DNA from: Oscillospiraceae bacterium
Lineage (GTDB): Bacteria > Bacillota > Clostridia > Oscillospirales > Ruminococcaceae
Assembly: GCA_017848125.1 (NCBI GenBank)
Contig: JAGAJY010000013.1
Span: 1,555-65,554 of the forward strand
DNA: 64,000 nt
Reading direction: 5' to 3'
Position 1 is the stretch's first letter, and each line of letters opens with the position of its first letter. Below the pieces are notes generated by a model. It searched no databases, was not told the DNA's origin, and saw only the letters and a list, made by a program, of their open reading frames with translations. This document shows positions 11,333 through 20,634 of the stretch, piece by piece. Position numbers and translations under genes: made by a program.

Positions 11333-11375
11333 ACGATCCGAAGAAGATTATGGTTCTTCTTCGGATCGTTTTTTA
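11333..11375. terminator. Bidirectional rho-independent terminator between cwlD and the convergent hypothetical gene
   Basis: 14-bp stem ACGATCCGAAGAAG / CTTCTTCGGATCGT, flanked by an A-run on the left and a T-run on the right. Confidence 0.8.
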
Positions 11376-12215
11376 TTGCTTGAACTTTTCCAAAACATCG
11401 AGCAAGCTGTTTTTGCACTGAGGGTCTTTGGTAAACTCATACCATACAGGGGTCATAACATACTCGCCGTTTTCATCTTTTACGGTTTTTCCCGTTTCGT
11501 CATGTGTATAAGTCAGTAGTGCAAAATAAACAGTATTTTCATCTTTGATATAGTATTTTTGCACCATCGTTTCGGGAGGATTGTCCCGGCTTATTGCAGA
11601 TTCAACCTCCATAACGGGATAGTCCTCCGAGGGCTTTTCACATTCCTTGTTTTCGCCGTAAAGACATATCATATTCTTAAACGCATTATATCCGGGCTTA
11701 TATTCCTCACCGTTAAATCGGACAGAAACTGTACCTGTCCAGAAGTTAATATCCCTTATAGTTTCAGGACGCTGATGTGTATATGAGCATTTCAGGTTTT
11801 CGTCAACAGTAATATGATAAACGTCTGCATAACTGAAGCCGCCGCAATCTATTTCCCATACTATCAGGTCACATTCTCCGCTTTGAACTGCTCTGAATCT
11901 GTGTCCGAAGCTTATTTCCTGAGTAAAAATGCCATAGCTCAGCTCTTTTTCTTCAATAAGTACGGCAGGGTCGTCAATGTAGTAAATCGAATGACTGTCC
12001 ATATAATTTGTTCCGTGATTTATATATGTGAAGCTGCTTCCGATTGCACCTGTATGAACAAGCACACCTGATTTACAGATAATGTATATTACAACACAGG
12101 CAAATATCACAAGCATGGATATGCCTGTAACGTACTTTTTCTTTTTGATTTTGTAAATTGCTAAAATCGTTATTACAAGCGTGACTGCAATAAAAAGCAA
12201 GATGATTTCGATCAT
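11373..12215 (-). CDS. Hypothetical membrane-anchored protein (two N-terminal TM helices, Cys-containing extracytoplasmic domain)
   Basis: 280-aa ORF in an A+T-rich stretch. The N-terminus MIEIILLFIAVTLVITILAIYKI...MLVIFACVVIYIIC is hydrophobic. I recognise no family. Confidence 0.5.
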   Translation of the reverse strand: MIEIILLFIAVTLVITILAIYKIKKKKYVTGISMLVIFACVVIYIICKSGVLVHTGAIGSSFTYINHGTNYMDSHSIYYIDDPAVLIEEKELSYGIFTQEISFGHRFRAVQSGECDLIVWEIDCGGFSYADVYHITVDENLKCSYTHQRPETIRDINFWTGTVSVRFNGEEYKPGYNAFKNMICLYGENKECEKPSEDYPVMEVESAISRDNPPETMVQKYYIKDENTVYFALLTYTHDETGKTVKDENGEYVMTPVWYEFTKDPQCKNSLLDVLEKFKQ

Positions 12216-12307
12216 AATTATTTGTCCTTATTTGATAAAGTGCTAAAGCCAATAAATTGTGCTGATTATAGGTTTATCTTATCTATAAATCGAAAACTGA
12301 TCCATTG

Positions 12308-12979
12308 TTACCAAACAAACGGTATCAAGCGATATTTGACTTTCTGCTTATACTCACGGTAACCATTGAGTTCTTTTTCAAGAAATTCTTCTTCGTTTTT
12401 AATCCTTTTGGCAATAATAAAGGGATATGCGAGAAAAATCAAAAATGAAAACGCAGACCCTAACACTAATGGCATTGACAAAAACAAAAGCAATGTTACG
12501 CTATACATTGGGTGTCTGACAATGCTGTATAGTCCTGTGTCTATTACTTTTTGGTTTTCTTGCAGCTCAACCGTGCGGCTAAGGTATGTATTTTCCCTTA
12601 ACACCTCTGCATAAAGAATATATGCTACAAGAAAAATTACCGAGGCAAAAATTACAATACTTTTTGGCAAGGTATTCCAATTATAGCGAAAATCTAATCC
12701 TGCAACAACAAACCCGACAATAAACATAAGTCCGATGAGTTTTATCACAAGTTTTTGTTCTTCTTGTTTTTCCTTTGCATTCAGACGCTTTTTTAATAAA
12801 TCAGGGTTTTTAAACATCATTACAATTCCCGCAAAAAACATTGGCACAAATAAAATTCCCATAAATAGCCAACCATTAAAGTATGAAAAAGTACCGGCAG
12901 GCAAGAATATCAATAGCCCAACTAAAACAATTCCTAACAAAAATTTAGACGTTGCTTGAAAGAATAAATCAAATGTCAT
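12308..12979 (-). CDS. Isoprenylcysteine carboxyl methyltransferase (ICMT)/phospholipid methyltransferase family membrane protein
   Basis: 223-aa polytopic ORF. The C-terminal region has GLYSIVRHPMYS followed by a hydrophobic helix and an EE..L motif, as in the ICMT/PEMT family. The stretch is markedly A+T-rich. Confidence 0.65.
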   Translation of the reverse strand: MTFDLFFQATSKFLLGIVLVGLLIFLPAGTFSYFNGWLFMGILFVPMFFAGIVMMFKNPDLLKKRLNAKEKQEEQKLVIKLIGLMFIVGFVVAGLDFRYNWNTLPKSIVIFASVIFLVAYILYAEVLRENTYLSRTVELQENQKVIDTGLYSIVRHPMYSVTLLLFLSMPLVLGSAFSFLIFLAYPFIIAKRIKNEEEFLEKELNGYREYKQKVKYRLIPFVW

Positions 12980-13051
12980 CGCAATGCTCCTTTATATCCT
13001 GATTTATCGCTAAGTTTATTATAGCAAACTTATTATTAAAAGTCAACGATA

Positions 13052-13098
13052 CAAAAAACGCAAAGCCACTTCTGACATTATTGTCAAAAGTGGCTTTG
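13052..13098 (-). terminator. Rho-independent terminator after purL
   Basis: 11-bp stem CAAAGCCACTT / AAGTGGCTTTG (13061-13098). On the minus strand it is followed by a T-run (the A-run at 13052-13058 on the plus strand). Confidence 0.75.
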
Positions 13099-13129
13099 TA
13101 AATTCTCTTTATGCTGTTTGCCTTGTCTA

Positions 13130-16100
13130 TTACTTGAAGTAAGCTACGCCGCTTTCAAATATCTTCTGATCCTTGTTTCCGGGAACGTTCTTGCAGATGT
13201 CTGTGCCGATACGTTCGCTGTGACCCATCTTTCCGAGAACACGTCCGTCGGGCGATGTGATACCCTCGATAGCGTCAAAGGAGGAGTTGGGATTGAAGCG
13301 TATATCCATAGAGGGAGCGCCCTCAAGGTCAACGTACTGAGTAGCTATCTGACCGTTGTCGGCAAGCTGCTTGATAAGCTCGGGAGAAGCTACGAAGCGA
13401 CCCTCACCGTGAGAAATAGCGATCTTATGAATATCGCCTACCTCGCAGCCTGCAAGCCAGGGAGACTTGTTGGAAGCGATTCTTGTTGAAACCATCATTG
13501 ACTGGTGGCGTGCAATGGTGTTGAAGGTAAGAGTGGGGGAATTATCCTCCATATCAACGATTTTTCCGAAGGGAACAAGACCCAGCTTGATAAGAGCCTG
13601 GAAGCCGTTGCAGATACCCAGCATAAGTCCGTCACGGTTGTCAAGAAGGTCGGTAACAGCTTCCTTGATGGAGGGGTTGCGGAAGAATGCTGTGATGAAC
13701 TTTCCTGAACCGTCAGGCTCGTCGCCGCCTGAGAATCCGCCGGGGATCATAACTATCTGAGACTTCTTGATAGCCTTTTCAACATACTTGATGCTGTCCT
13801 CAAGTGCGGAAGCGGAGAGATTCTTGATAACAACTATCTCGGGAACTGCACCCGCTCTTTCAAATACACGGGCAGTATCATATTCGCAGTTTGTTCCGGG
13901 GAACACGGGGATAACCACTCTGGGCTTAGCAAAGGAAGAAGCGTGCTGAACGGTATCATGAGATGTGTATGTATAGATCTTTGCAGGCTTGCTGTCGGTG
14001 GTGATATTGCAGGGGAATACAGGCTCAAGCTTGTCCTCCCAAGCCTTCTGGAGGTCTGCCATATCAATAACATAATCCTTGCAGTCAATGGTATATTCGT
14101 CGGTAGTAGTACCGATAACCTTTTCGGGAGTGAAGGGATCGCCGTCAAGCTCGATTACAAATGAACCGTATCTTGAATAGAACATCACATCGTTTTCAAG
14201 CTTCTTTTCAAATCTGAAACCGATCCTGTTGCCGAAGGACATCTTTGCAACAGCCTCTGCGATTCCGCCGAAGCCGACAGACCATACAGAAAGCGCCTTG
14301 CCCTCGGCAATGAGAGTTTCAACACGCTCGAATACGCTTCTTACGCTGTCCCACTTGGGCAGACCGTTTTCGTCGTAATCGGGAGTGATATAGATGACCT
14401 TGTTTCCTGCCTTCTTGAACTCGGGAGAAAGCACCTTGGTGCTGTTTGCTGTGGATACGGCAAAGGAAACGAGGGTAGCGGGAACATCAATATTCTCAAA
14501 TGTACCCGACATTGAATCCTTACCGCCGATAGCTCCGCAGCCAAGCTCTGTCTGAGCCTTGTATGCGCCGAGGAGGGCGGCAAAGGGCTTGCCCCATCTG
14601 GTGGGATTGCTCTGAGTTCTCTCAAAATACTCCTGGAATGTGAGCCAGCAGTGCTTATAGCTTCCGCCTGCGGCAATTATCTTGGAAATGGACTCGATAA
14701 CAGCGGCAATTGCTCCGTGATAGGGGCTCTTATCGCTGAGGTAGGGGTTGTAGCCCCAGCCCATAAGCGAGCAGGTGGTAGTCTGACCCTTGAGTACGGG
14801 GATCTTTGCAGCCATAGCCTGTGTGGGAGTAAGCTGATACTTTCCGCCGTAGGGCATAAGTACAGTGCCTGCGCCGATAGTGGAGTCGAAACGCTCAACA
14901 AGACCCTTCTGAGAGCATACATTGAGGTTTGTCATAAGGGAATACCAGCTGTCGGGAGAATCGGTGTAGGATTTGAGCTGGAGTGTAACAGGCAGGGGAA
15001 CCTGAACACGGGTATGCTTCTGAGCGCCGTTGGAGTTGAGGAACTCTCTTGAAAGGTCAACTATTACCTTGCCGTTCCACTTCATTCTCAGACGAGGCTC
15101 TTCGGTAACATCGGCAACCTTGGTAGCTTCAAGGTTTTCCTTTGCAGCCGCATTCATAAACTTCTTCATATCGGACTTTCTTACAACAACAGCCATTCTT
15201 TCCTGGCTTTCGGAAATAGCAAGCTCTGTGCCGTCAAGTCCGTCATACTTCTTGGGTACAGCGTTGAGGTCGATAATAAGACCGTCTGTAAGCTCACCGA
15301 TAGCAACGGAAACACCGCCTGCACCGAAGTCGTTGCAGCGTCTTATCATACGGGTAACATCGGGATCTCTGAAAAGCCTCTGCAGCTTTCTTTCCTCGGG
15401 AGGATTACCCTTCTGTACCTCTGCGCCGCAGCTTTCGAGAGACTGCTCCGTATGTGACTTAGATGAGCCTGTAGCACCGCCGCAGCCGTCACGTCCTGTA
15501 CGTCCGCCGAGAAGAATGATAACATCTCCGGGCTCGGGAGTTTCTCTGATAACATTTTCAAGGGGAGCAGCGCCTACAACAGCGCCTATCTCCATTCTCT
15601 TTGCAACATAGCCGGGGTGATAAACCTCGGAAACGTGACCTGTTGCAAGACCTATCTGATTACCGTAAGAGCTGTAGCCGTTAGCCGCACCAACGGTTAT
15701 CTTTCTCTGAGGGAGCTTTCCGTGGATAGTGTCCTCAACGGGAACAAGGGGATTGGAAGCGCCTGTTACACGCATTGCCTGATAAACATAGGAACGTCCC
15801 GAAAGGGGATCTCTGATAGCTCCGCCGAGACAGGTAGCCGCACCGCCGAAGGGCTCGATCTCGGTGGGGTGGTTATGAGTCTCGTTCTTGAACATAAGGA
15901 GCCAGTCCTGAAGCTCTCCGTCAACATCGACCTTGATCTTTACGGAGCATGCATTTATCTCGTCGGACTCGTCAAGATCCTTGAGAACACCGTCATTTTT
16001 GAGCTTCTTTGCGGCAAGTGTGGCAATATCCATCAGAGTGATGGGCTTGTCCTCTCTGCCAAGCTCCTTTCTTGCGTCAATGTATTCGTTATATGTCTTT

Positions 16101-16837
16101 CTGATGTAATCAGCGTCAATATTTGCTTCATCGATAATAGTTGAGAAGGTGGTATGACGGCAGTGGTCAGACCAGTATGTATCTATCATACGGATCTCGG
16201 TGATGGTGGGGTCACGCTTTTCGGTGTCTCTGAAATAGTCACGGCAGAATTTAAGGTCGTCCGAATCCATAGCAAGACCGTACTTTGAAACAAATTCCGC
16301 AAGACCGAGGTCACTCATTCCGATAAAGCCTGTGAGAGTTTCAACAGACTCGGGTATATCGTAATTTACGGTAAGGGTATCAAACTCAGCAAGGGTAGCC
16401 TCACGGCTTTCAACAGGGTTGATTATATATTTTTTCAGAGCTTCAAATTCACTGTCGGAAATGCTGCCCTTGGTGATATATATTCTTGCATTGCGCACTC
16501 TGCAGCGCTCTCCCTGTGTGAGTATCTGAATGCACTGCTCACAGGAATCCGCTCTCTGGTCAAACTGACCGGGGAGATATTCCACAGCGAAAACTCTTTC
16601 GTCCGCTTCAAGCTCGGGCAGGCTTCTGTAGGTAACATCTACTGCGGGCTCGGAGAAAACGTTGGCGATGGCATAATTGAATTTTTCTTCTGAGATGTTC
16701 TCGGCATCGTAACGGTTAAGTACACGGAGCGAGCGGAGGGAATCCAGTCTGAGGGCTGTTTTCACATCCGAAAGAAGTGTTTTTGCCGATGCGGCAAACT
16801 CAGGTTTCTTTTCAACATAAATACGGTAAACTGGCAT
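13130..16837 (-). CDS. purL: Phosphoribosylformylglycinamidine (FGAM) synthase, single-chain large form
   Basis: 1235-aa ORF. Contains an AIR-synthase-like duplicated core (NHPTEIEPFGGAATCLGGAIRD) and a C-terminal class-I glutamine amidotransferase domain (GICNGFQ..., HGEGRF). Confidence 0.92.
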   Translation of the reverse strand: MPVYRIYVEKKPEFAASAKTLLSDVKTALRLDSLRSLRVLNRYDAENISEEKFNYAIANVFSEPAVDVTYRSLPELEADERVFAVEYLPGQFDQRADSCEQCIQILTQGERCRVRNARIYITKGSISDSEFEALKKYIINPVESREATLAEFDTLTVNYDIPESVETLTGFIGMSDLGLAEFVSKYGLAMDSDDLKFCRDYFRDTEKRDPTITEIRMIDTYWSDHCRHTTFSTIIDEANIDADYIRKTYNEYIDARKELGREDKPITLMDIATLAAKKLKNDGVLKDLDESDEINACSVKIKVDVDGELQDWLLMFKNETHNHPTEIEPFGGAATCLGGAIRDPLSGRSYVYQAMRVTGASNPLVPVEDTIHGKLPQRKITVGAANGYSSYGNQIGLATGHVSEVYHPGYVAKRMEIGAVVGAAPLENVIRETPEPGDVIILLGGRTGRDGCGGATGSSKSHTEQSLESCGAEVQKGNPPEERKLQRLFRDPDVTRMIRRCNDFGAGGVSVAIGELTDGLIIDLNAVPKKYDGLDGTELAISESQERMAVVVRKSDMKKFMNAAAKENLEATKVADVTEEPRLRMKWNGKVIVDLSREFLNSNGAQKHTRVQVPLPVTLQLKSYTDSPDSWYSLMTNLNVCSQKGLVERFDSTIGAGTVLMPYGGKYQLTPTQAMAAKIPVLKGQTTTCSLMGWGYNPYLSDKSPYHGAIAAVIESISKIIAAGGSYKHCWLTFQEYFERTQSNPTRWGKPFAALLGAYKAQTELGCGAIGGKDSMSGTFENIDVPATLVSFAVSTANSTKVLSPEFKKAGNKVIYITPDYDENGLPKWDSVRSVFERVETLIAEGKALSVWSVGFGGIAEAVAKMSFGNRIGFRFEKKLENDVMFYSRYGSFVIELDGDPFTPEKVIGTTTDEYTIDCKDYVIDMADLQKAWEDKLEPVFPCNITTDSKPAKIYTYTSHDTVQHASSFAKPRVVIPVFPGTNCEYDTARVFERAGAVPEIVVIKNLSASALEDSIKYVEKAIKKSQIVMIPGGFSGGDEPDGSGKFITAFFRNPSIKEAVTDLLDNRDGLMLGICNGFQALIKLGLVPFGKIVDMEDNSPTLTFNTIARHQSMMVSTRIASNKSPWLAGCEVGDIHKIAISHGEGRFVASPELIKQLADNGQIATQYVDLEGAPSMDIRFNPNSSFDAIEGITSPDGRVLGKMGHSERIGTDICKNVPGNKDQKIFESGVAYFK

Positions 16838-16858
16838 AAGTAAAATACTCCCCTTTGA

Positions 16859-18193
16859 TTATATGTTGGATATGTTTTCTTCGGGACAACTGCCGCTTCG
16901 GGTAATTTCGCCCAGACAGCAATCATCTCCTATCCTATCTATTTTAACATAAAAAATCATTTTACGCAAACTTTTTTCTGAATATTTTGTTAAAATTTTT
17001 ATATGGGCGTAATTTGGTGCATATCCGTGATGGATATTGTCCTTTTTTTCACGCTCAAAAAGTACGGGAAACTCTTTTCCCACAAGGCTTTGCAGGAATT
17101 TTTGCTTACATTTCCTTCCTGCGGCGGCGAGCTCGGCAGCTCTGCGCTTTTTTACTTCGGCAGGTATCTGATTTTCCATTTCCGCTGCTTTTGTTCCTTT
17201 TCTGGGAGAATATGGAAAAACATGAATGTCGGAAAATCCGATTTTTTCTATAAAACGGACAGATTCAAGGTGGTCGTCCTCCGATTCATCGGGAAAGCCT
17301 GCCATAACGTCTGTTGTTATGCCGCAGTCGGGGAAATATCTTCGTATCAGATTGACAAGCTCCTCATATTCCTCTGTGGTGTAGCGTCTGTTCATTGCAC
17401 GAAGCGTCCTTGTGCAGCCGCTTTGCAGAGAAAGGTGGAACGAGGGACAGAACTTCTTTACAGCCGAAAGCCGTATCAGGTCGCTTTCCTTTATGCGTTC
17501 GGGCTCAAGAGAGCCGAGACGGATCCGTTCTATACCGTTTATTCGGCTGACTGCTTCAACTGCGTCAACAAGGGAAAGACCGTATTCCGCTCCGTAGAAG
17601 GCAAGGTTTATTCCTACAAGAACTATTTCCCTGTAGCCGTTTTCCGCAAGCTGTTCAGCTTCGCTGACTATAGCTGCAAGGGGCTTTGAACGTATCCTGC
17701 CCCTTGAATAAGGTATAATGCAGTAGGTGCAGAAGGAATTGCAGCCGTCCTGAATTTTCATAAACGCCCTTGTGTGACCGTCAACACGTTCTGCCGAAAG
17801 CTGTTCAAAGCTGTCACGGGGCAGATAGGGCTCAACGGAGAAAACAGGGCTTTTTTCGTCAAGGTATCTGCTGACAAGGCTGACTATTGCTTTTCTGTTT
17901 TTTGTTCCTGTTATAATATCCGCACATTCTGTTTTAGCTTCATCGGGAAATGCCTGAGGGTAACAGCCTGTAAGAACTATTATTGCATTTGGAAAATCCC
18001 GTTTCAGTCCTCTGAGAGTCTGACGTAGCTTGCTGTCGCTTTCCGAGGTGACTGTGCAGGAATTTATTACAAAAATATCCGCCTGCGATCTGTCCTGCGT
18101 AACGGTAAAACCGTTTGCTTCAAATTCTGCGGTCATACAGGCTGTTTCGTAGGTGTTTACCTTACAGCCGAAGGTTATAAAGTGAATATACAT
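16859..18193 (-). CDS. mtaB: MiaB-family tRNA methylthiotransferase (MtaB-like radical SAM enzyme)
   Basis: I start the gene at the internal Met (MYIHFITFGCKVNTYE, a UPF0004 N-terminal cluster domain). Contains the radical-SAM motif GCNSFCTYCIIP. The stop lies 21 nt upstream of the purL start, so the two are probably co-transcribed. Confidence 0.75.
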   Translation of the reverse strand: MYIHFITFGCKVNTYETACMTAEFEANGFTVTQDRSQADIFVINSCTVTSESDSKLRQTLRGLKRDFPNAIIVLTGCYPQAFPDEAKTECADIITGTKNRKAIVSLVSRYLDEKSPVFSVEPYLPRDSFEQLSAERVDGHTRAFMKIQDGCNSFCTYCIIPYSRGRIRSKPLAAIVSEAEQLAENGYREIVLVGINLAFYGAEYGLSLVDAVEAVSRINGIERIRLGSLEPERIKESDLIRLSAVKKFCPSFHLSLQSGCTRTLRAMNRRYTTEEYEELVNLIRRYFPDCGITTDVMAGFPDESEDDHLESVRFIEKIGFSDIHVFPYSPRKGTKAAEMENQIPAEVKKRRAAELAAAGRKCKQKFLQSLVGKEFPVLFEREKKDNIHHGYAPNYAHIKILTKYSEKSLRKMIFYVKIDRIGDDCCLGEITRSGSCPEENISNI

Positions 18194-18261
18194 AAAATGC
18201 TCCTTGTGCTTTTGTGCAAAACGTATATTGTAATCCTTTAAGGTCAAACTAACTATATGCT

Positions 18262-18290
18262 ATTATACAATATTATAAAAAAAATTGCAA
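18262..18290 (-). promoter_or_regulatory. Sigma-A promoter for mtaB-purL (TTGCAA-17-TATAAT on the minus strand)
   Basis: The reverse complement reads TTGCAA (18285-18290), a 17-nt spacer, then TATAAT (18262-18267). Confidence 0.55.
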
Positions 18291-18421
18291 ATCCTCTTGA
18301 CTTAAAAGGAAAAAACTGCTATTCTAATGTCAAGGGAAGCGGAAGGCTACAGAAAAACAACGGCTTTTCGCTGTAGGAAAGTCCCTTTAAGCAAATGAAT
18401 ACCGTGAAAGGATGGTTTGTT

Positions 18422-18652
18422 ATGAAAAAGACTACTATTATGCTCGCAACAATCAATGATGTAAAGAACTTCGTTTCCGAGGTTTCTATGTGTGACTACG
18501 ACGTGGACCTCCTCTCGGGAAGATATGCTGTTGACGCTAAGTCCATTATGGGTATTTTCAGTCTTGACCTGTCCAAGCCCATTGCTCTTGAGGCTCACAC
18601 AGAGGACGCTTCCGAGTTCTTCGAGAACATCAAGCAGTACATCGTTGACTGA
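18422..18652 (+). CDS. HPr-like domain protein lacking the phospho-histidine
   Basis: 76 aa counted from MKKTTIML, with an AAAGGATGG RBS. AVDAKSIMGIFSLDLSKPIALEAH aligns with the HPr Ser46 region (KSIMGVMSLG). No His occurs at the position equivalent to His15. Confidence 0.6.
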   Translation: MKKTTIMLATINDVKNFVSEVSMCDYDVDLLSGRYAVDAKSIMGIFSLDLSKPIALEAHTEDASEFFENIKQYIVD

Positions 18653-18680
18653 TACGGCAGCGTAAAAAGCACTTAAAAGT

Positions 18681-18716
18681 GACCGCTTTCGATGTTTTCG
18701 GAAGCGGTCTTTCTGT
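18681..18716 (+). terminator. Rho-independent terminator after the HPr-like gene
   Basis: 11-bp stem GACCGCTTTCG / CGGAAGCGGTC (one G-U pair) followed by TTTCTGTATT. Confidence 0.65.
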
Positions 18717-18737
18717 ATTATGAGGGAGTGATTTGCA

Positions 18738-19244
18738 ATGAATACATTATATACCGAAAGGCTTGTTCTTCGCCCGTTCAGAGAGGGGGACGCTGAGCAT
18801 ATGTACAGAAACTGGACCAGCGATGAGCGTGTTTCACGTTATTGCCGCTGGGACGCTCACAAAAGCGTTTCGGAAACAGAGGAATATCTGAAGATGTGCC
18901 TTTCTGCCGAATATTGCTGGGCAATTACATTAAAGGATTCTGACGAGCCTGTGGGCGCTATCGACCTTGTGGGCGTCAACAGCTTCGGTGTTAACGAGAT
19001 AGGCTATGTGCTTTCATATGACCTTTGGGGAAAAGGGCTTATGACCGAGGCTGTCAAGGCTGTTACGGCAGAGCTTCTTGACTGCGGATTTGATAAGATA
19101 GGCGCATGCCACTGCATTGATAATCCAGCCTCGGGCAGAGTTATGGAAAAAAGCGGAATGACCTATGTGAGAAATACTATGGCACAGAAGAAATTCGCTT
19201 CGGATGAGCTGTGCGAGGTCAGATGCTATGAGATCGGCAGATGA
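18738..19244 (+). CDS. GNAT family N-acetyltransferase (RimJ/RimL-like)
   Basis: 168-aa ORF. The N-terminus TERLVLRPFREGDAEHMYRNWTSD and the WGKGLMTEA acetyl-CoA loop are typical of RimJ/RimL-type GNATs. Confidence 0.8.
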   Translation: MNTLYTERLVLRPFREGDAEHMYRNWTSDERVSRYCRWDAHKSVSETEEYLKMCLSAEYCWAITLKDSDEPVGAIDLVGVNSFGVNEIGYVLSYDLWGKGLMTEAVKAVTAELLDCGFDKIGACHCIDNPASGRVMEKSGMTYVRNTMAQKKFASDELCEVRCYEIGR

Positions 19245-19256
19245 ATATATGATTTA

Positions 19257-19291
19257 CCCGTGAAAGCATTTTTGTTTTCACGGGATTTTTG
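19257..19291 (+). terminator. Rho-independent terminator after the GNAT gene
   Basis: 9-bp stem CCCGTGAAA / TTTCACGGG followed by ATTTTTG. Confidence 0.7.
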
Positions 19292-19295
19292 TTTG

Positions 19296-19324
19296 TCCTA
19301 TTTGATGTAACTGCGGCATAAAAT
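19296..19324 (+). promoter_or_regulatory. Sigma-E-like sporulation promoter upstream of the D,D-carboxypeptidase gene
   Basis: TCCTATT (6/7 to KMATATT), a 14-nt spacer, then CATAAAAT (7/8 to CATACAHT). dacB is sigma-E dependent in B. subtilis. Confidence 0.4.
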
Positions 19325-19330
19325 GTACGG

Positions 19331-20491
19331 GTGATGAATGTGAATATGATGATCAAACGAGGACTTGCATTATTATCGGCTGTGCTGTTTATGTTTCCTA
19401 TGGATATGGGCATAAAATCAATCGCTTCTGATAAAGAATATACCGAAAGCTATGTTCTTATGGAGCCCGAAACGGGAACTGTGGTCAGGGAAAGAAACGG
19501 GCGTGAGAGGGTGCGTATGGGCTCATTCAACAAGCTTATGACCGTGCTTCTTGCGGCAGAGGCTATGGACAGGGGAGAGCTGACTCCCGATACGGTGCTG
19601 ACTGCCTCGGAAAATGCCAATTCAAAGCAGGGAGCGCAGATATGGCTTATGCCGGGAGAGAAGATGACTCTTGACGAGCTTCTAAAAGGCGTTATTATAG
19701 GAAACGCCAATGACGCCGCCTGCGTGATAGCTGAAAAAATCGGCGGTACAGAGGAAAAATTTACGGAGCTTATGAATAAAAAGGCGGCAGAGCTTGGTAT
19801 GAATGATACTCTTTTTACCGAGTGTACGGGGTATTACGGCGACTCTGAGCAATACACAACCGCTTATGATGCGGCATTGCTGCTTTGCGAGCTTTACAGT
19901 CATTCTCAGCTCACAGGCTATTTTACAACGAGACTTGACGAGATAAAAGGCGGCGAGGTGCAGCTTGTCAGTGCAAATCCTATGGGCAGCGGATATAAAG
20001 GCTCTGTGGGTTTTAAATGCGGCACAGGACCCGAATCGGGATATTTTGCCGCAGAGGGTGCAGAGAGGGAAGGGATAGCATTCGTATGCGCCGTTATGGA
20101 CTGTGAAAACGAGGACACGGCGCTCGGTCTTTCGGAGGAGCTTCTTGATATCGGCTTCGGTGGATATACTGCATTTGTGCCCGAAATTCCCGATGATCTT
20201 CCTTCGGATATTGCTGTAAAGGGAGGAAGAAAGAGTGCTGTGAAAATATCCGCAGGTGTTCAGGGTAAAGTGCTTGTGAGCAAGGGCTCGGAGGGTGATA
20301 TTGAAGCAAGGGTAATACTGCCGTCCTTTGTTTATGCACCTGTTAAAAAAGGGGATAAAGTGGGTGAGCTGAGATATTATCAGGGGAGCAGGCTTCTGAG
20401 ACAGACAGAGCTTCGTGCGGCTGAAAGTGCAGATAAGAAAAATATAATAAATGTATTGTCAGATGTGATGAAATTTGTAGTTGAATTTTAG
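19331..20491 (+). CDS. Serine-type D-Ala-D-Ala carboxypeptidase homologue (peptidase S11, DacB/DacF-like) with atypical active-site motifs
   Basis: 386-aa ORF with a signal peptide. The SxxK motif is present (MGSFNKLMT). NANDAA replaces the usual S-x-N-DAA, and FKCGTG replaces KTG. Confidence 0.7.
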   Translation: MMNVNMMIKRGLALLSAVLFMFPMDMGIKSIASDKEYTESYVLMEPETGTVVRERNGRERVRMGSFNKLMTVLLAAEAMDRGELTPDTVLTASENANSKQGAQIWLMPGEKMTLDELLKGVIIGNANDAACVIAEKIGGTEEKFTELMNKKAAELGMNDTLFTECTGYYGDSEQYTTAYDAALLLCELYSHSQLTGYFTTRLDEIKGGEVQLVSANPMGSGYKGSVGFKCGTGPESGYFAAEGAEREGIAFVCAVMDCENEDTALGLSEELLDIGFGGYTAFVPEIPDDLPSDIAVKGGRKSAVKISAGVQGKVLVSKGSEGDIEARVILPSFVYAPVKKGDKVGELRYYQGSRLLRQTELRAAESADKKNIINVLSDVMKFVVEF

Positions 20492-20634
20492 TCAAATAAA
20501 CTAAATTTTTGATTATTGAGTTAATGTTGCCAAAAAATCTTGCAAAATTCACGAAAATATAGTAATATAATATTGTCTATGGATAGATTGTCACATTTGG
20601 AGAGAAATGTGAAGATTTAGGAGGATATTCAAAA

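Noticed and set aside
13467-16144. Several long plus-strand ORFs inside purL, for example 15030-15611 (193 aa), 15617-16144 (175 aa) and 14651-15052 (133 aa).
   Set aside because: They lie antisense to a 1235-aa ORF with unmistakable FGAM-synthase motifs. Their products are low-complexity Ser/Pro/Leu-rich strings with no RBS. They are typical shadow ORFs of a G+C-rich gene.
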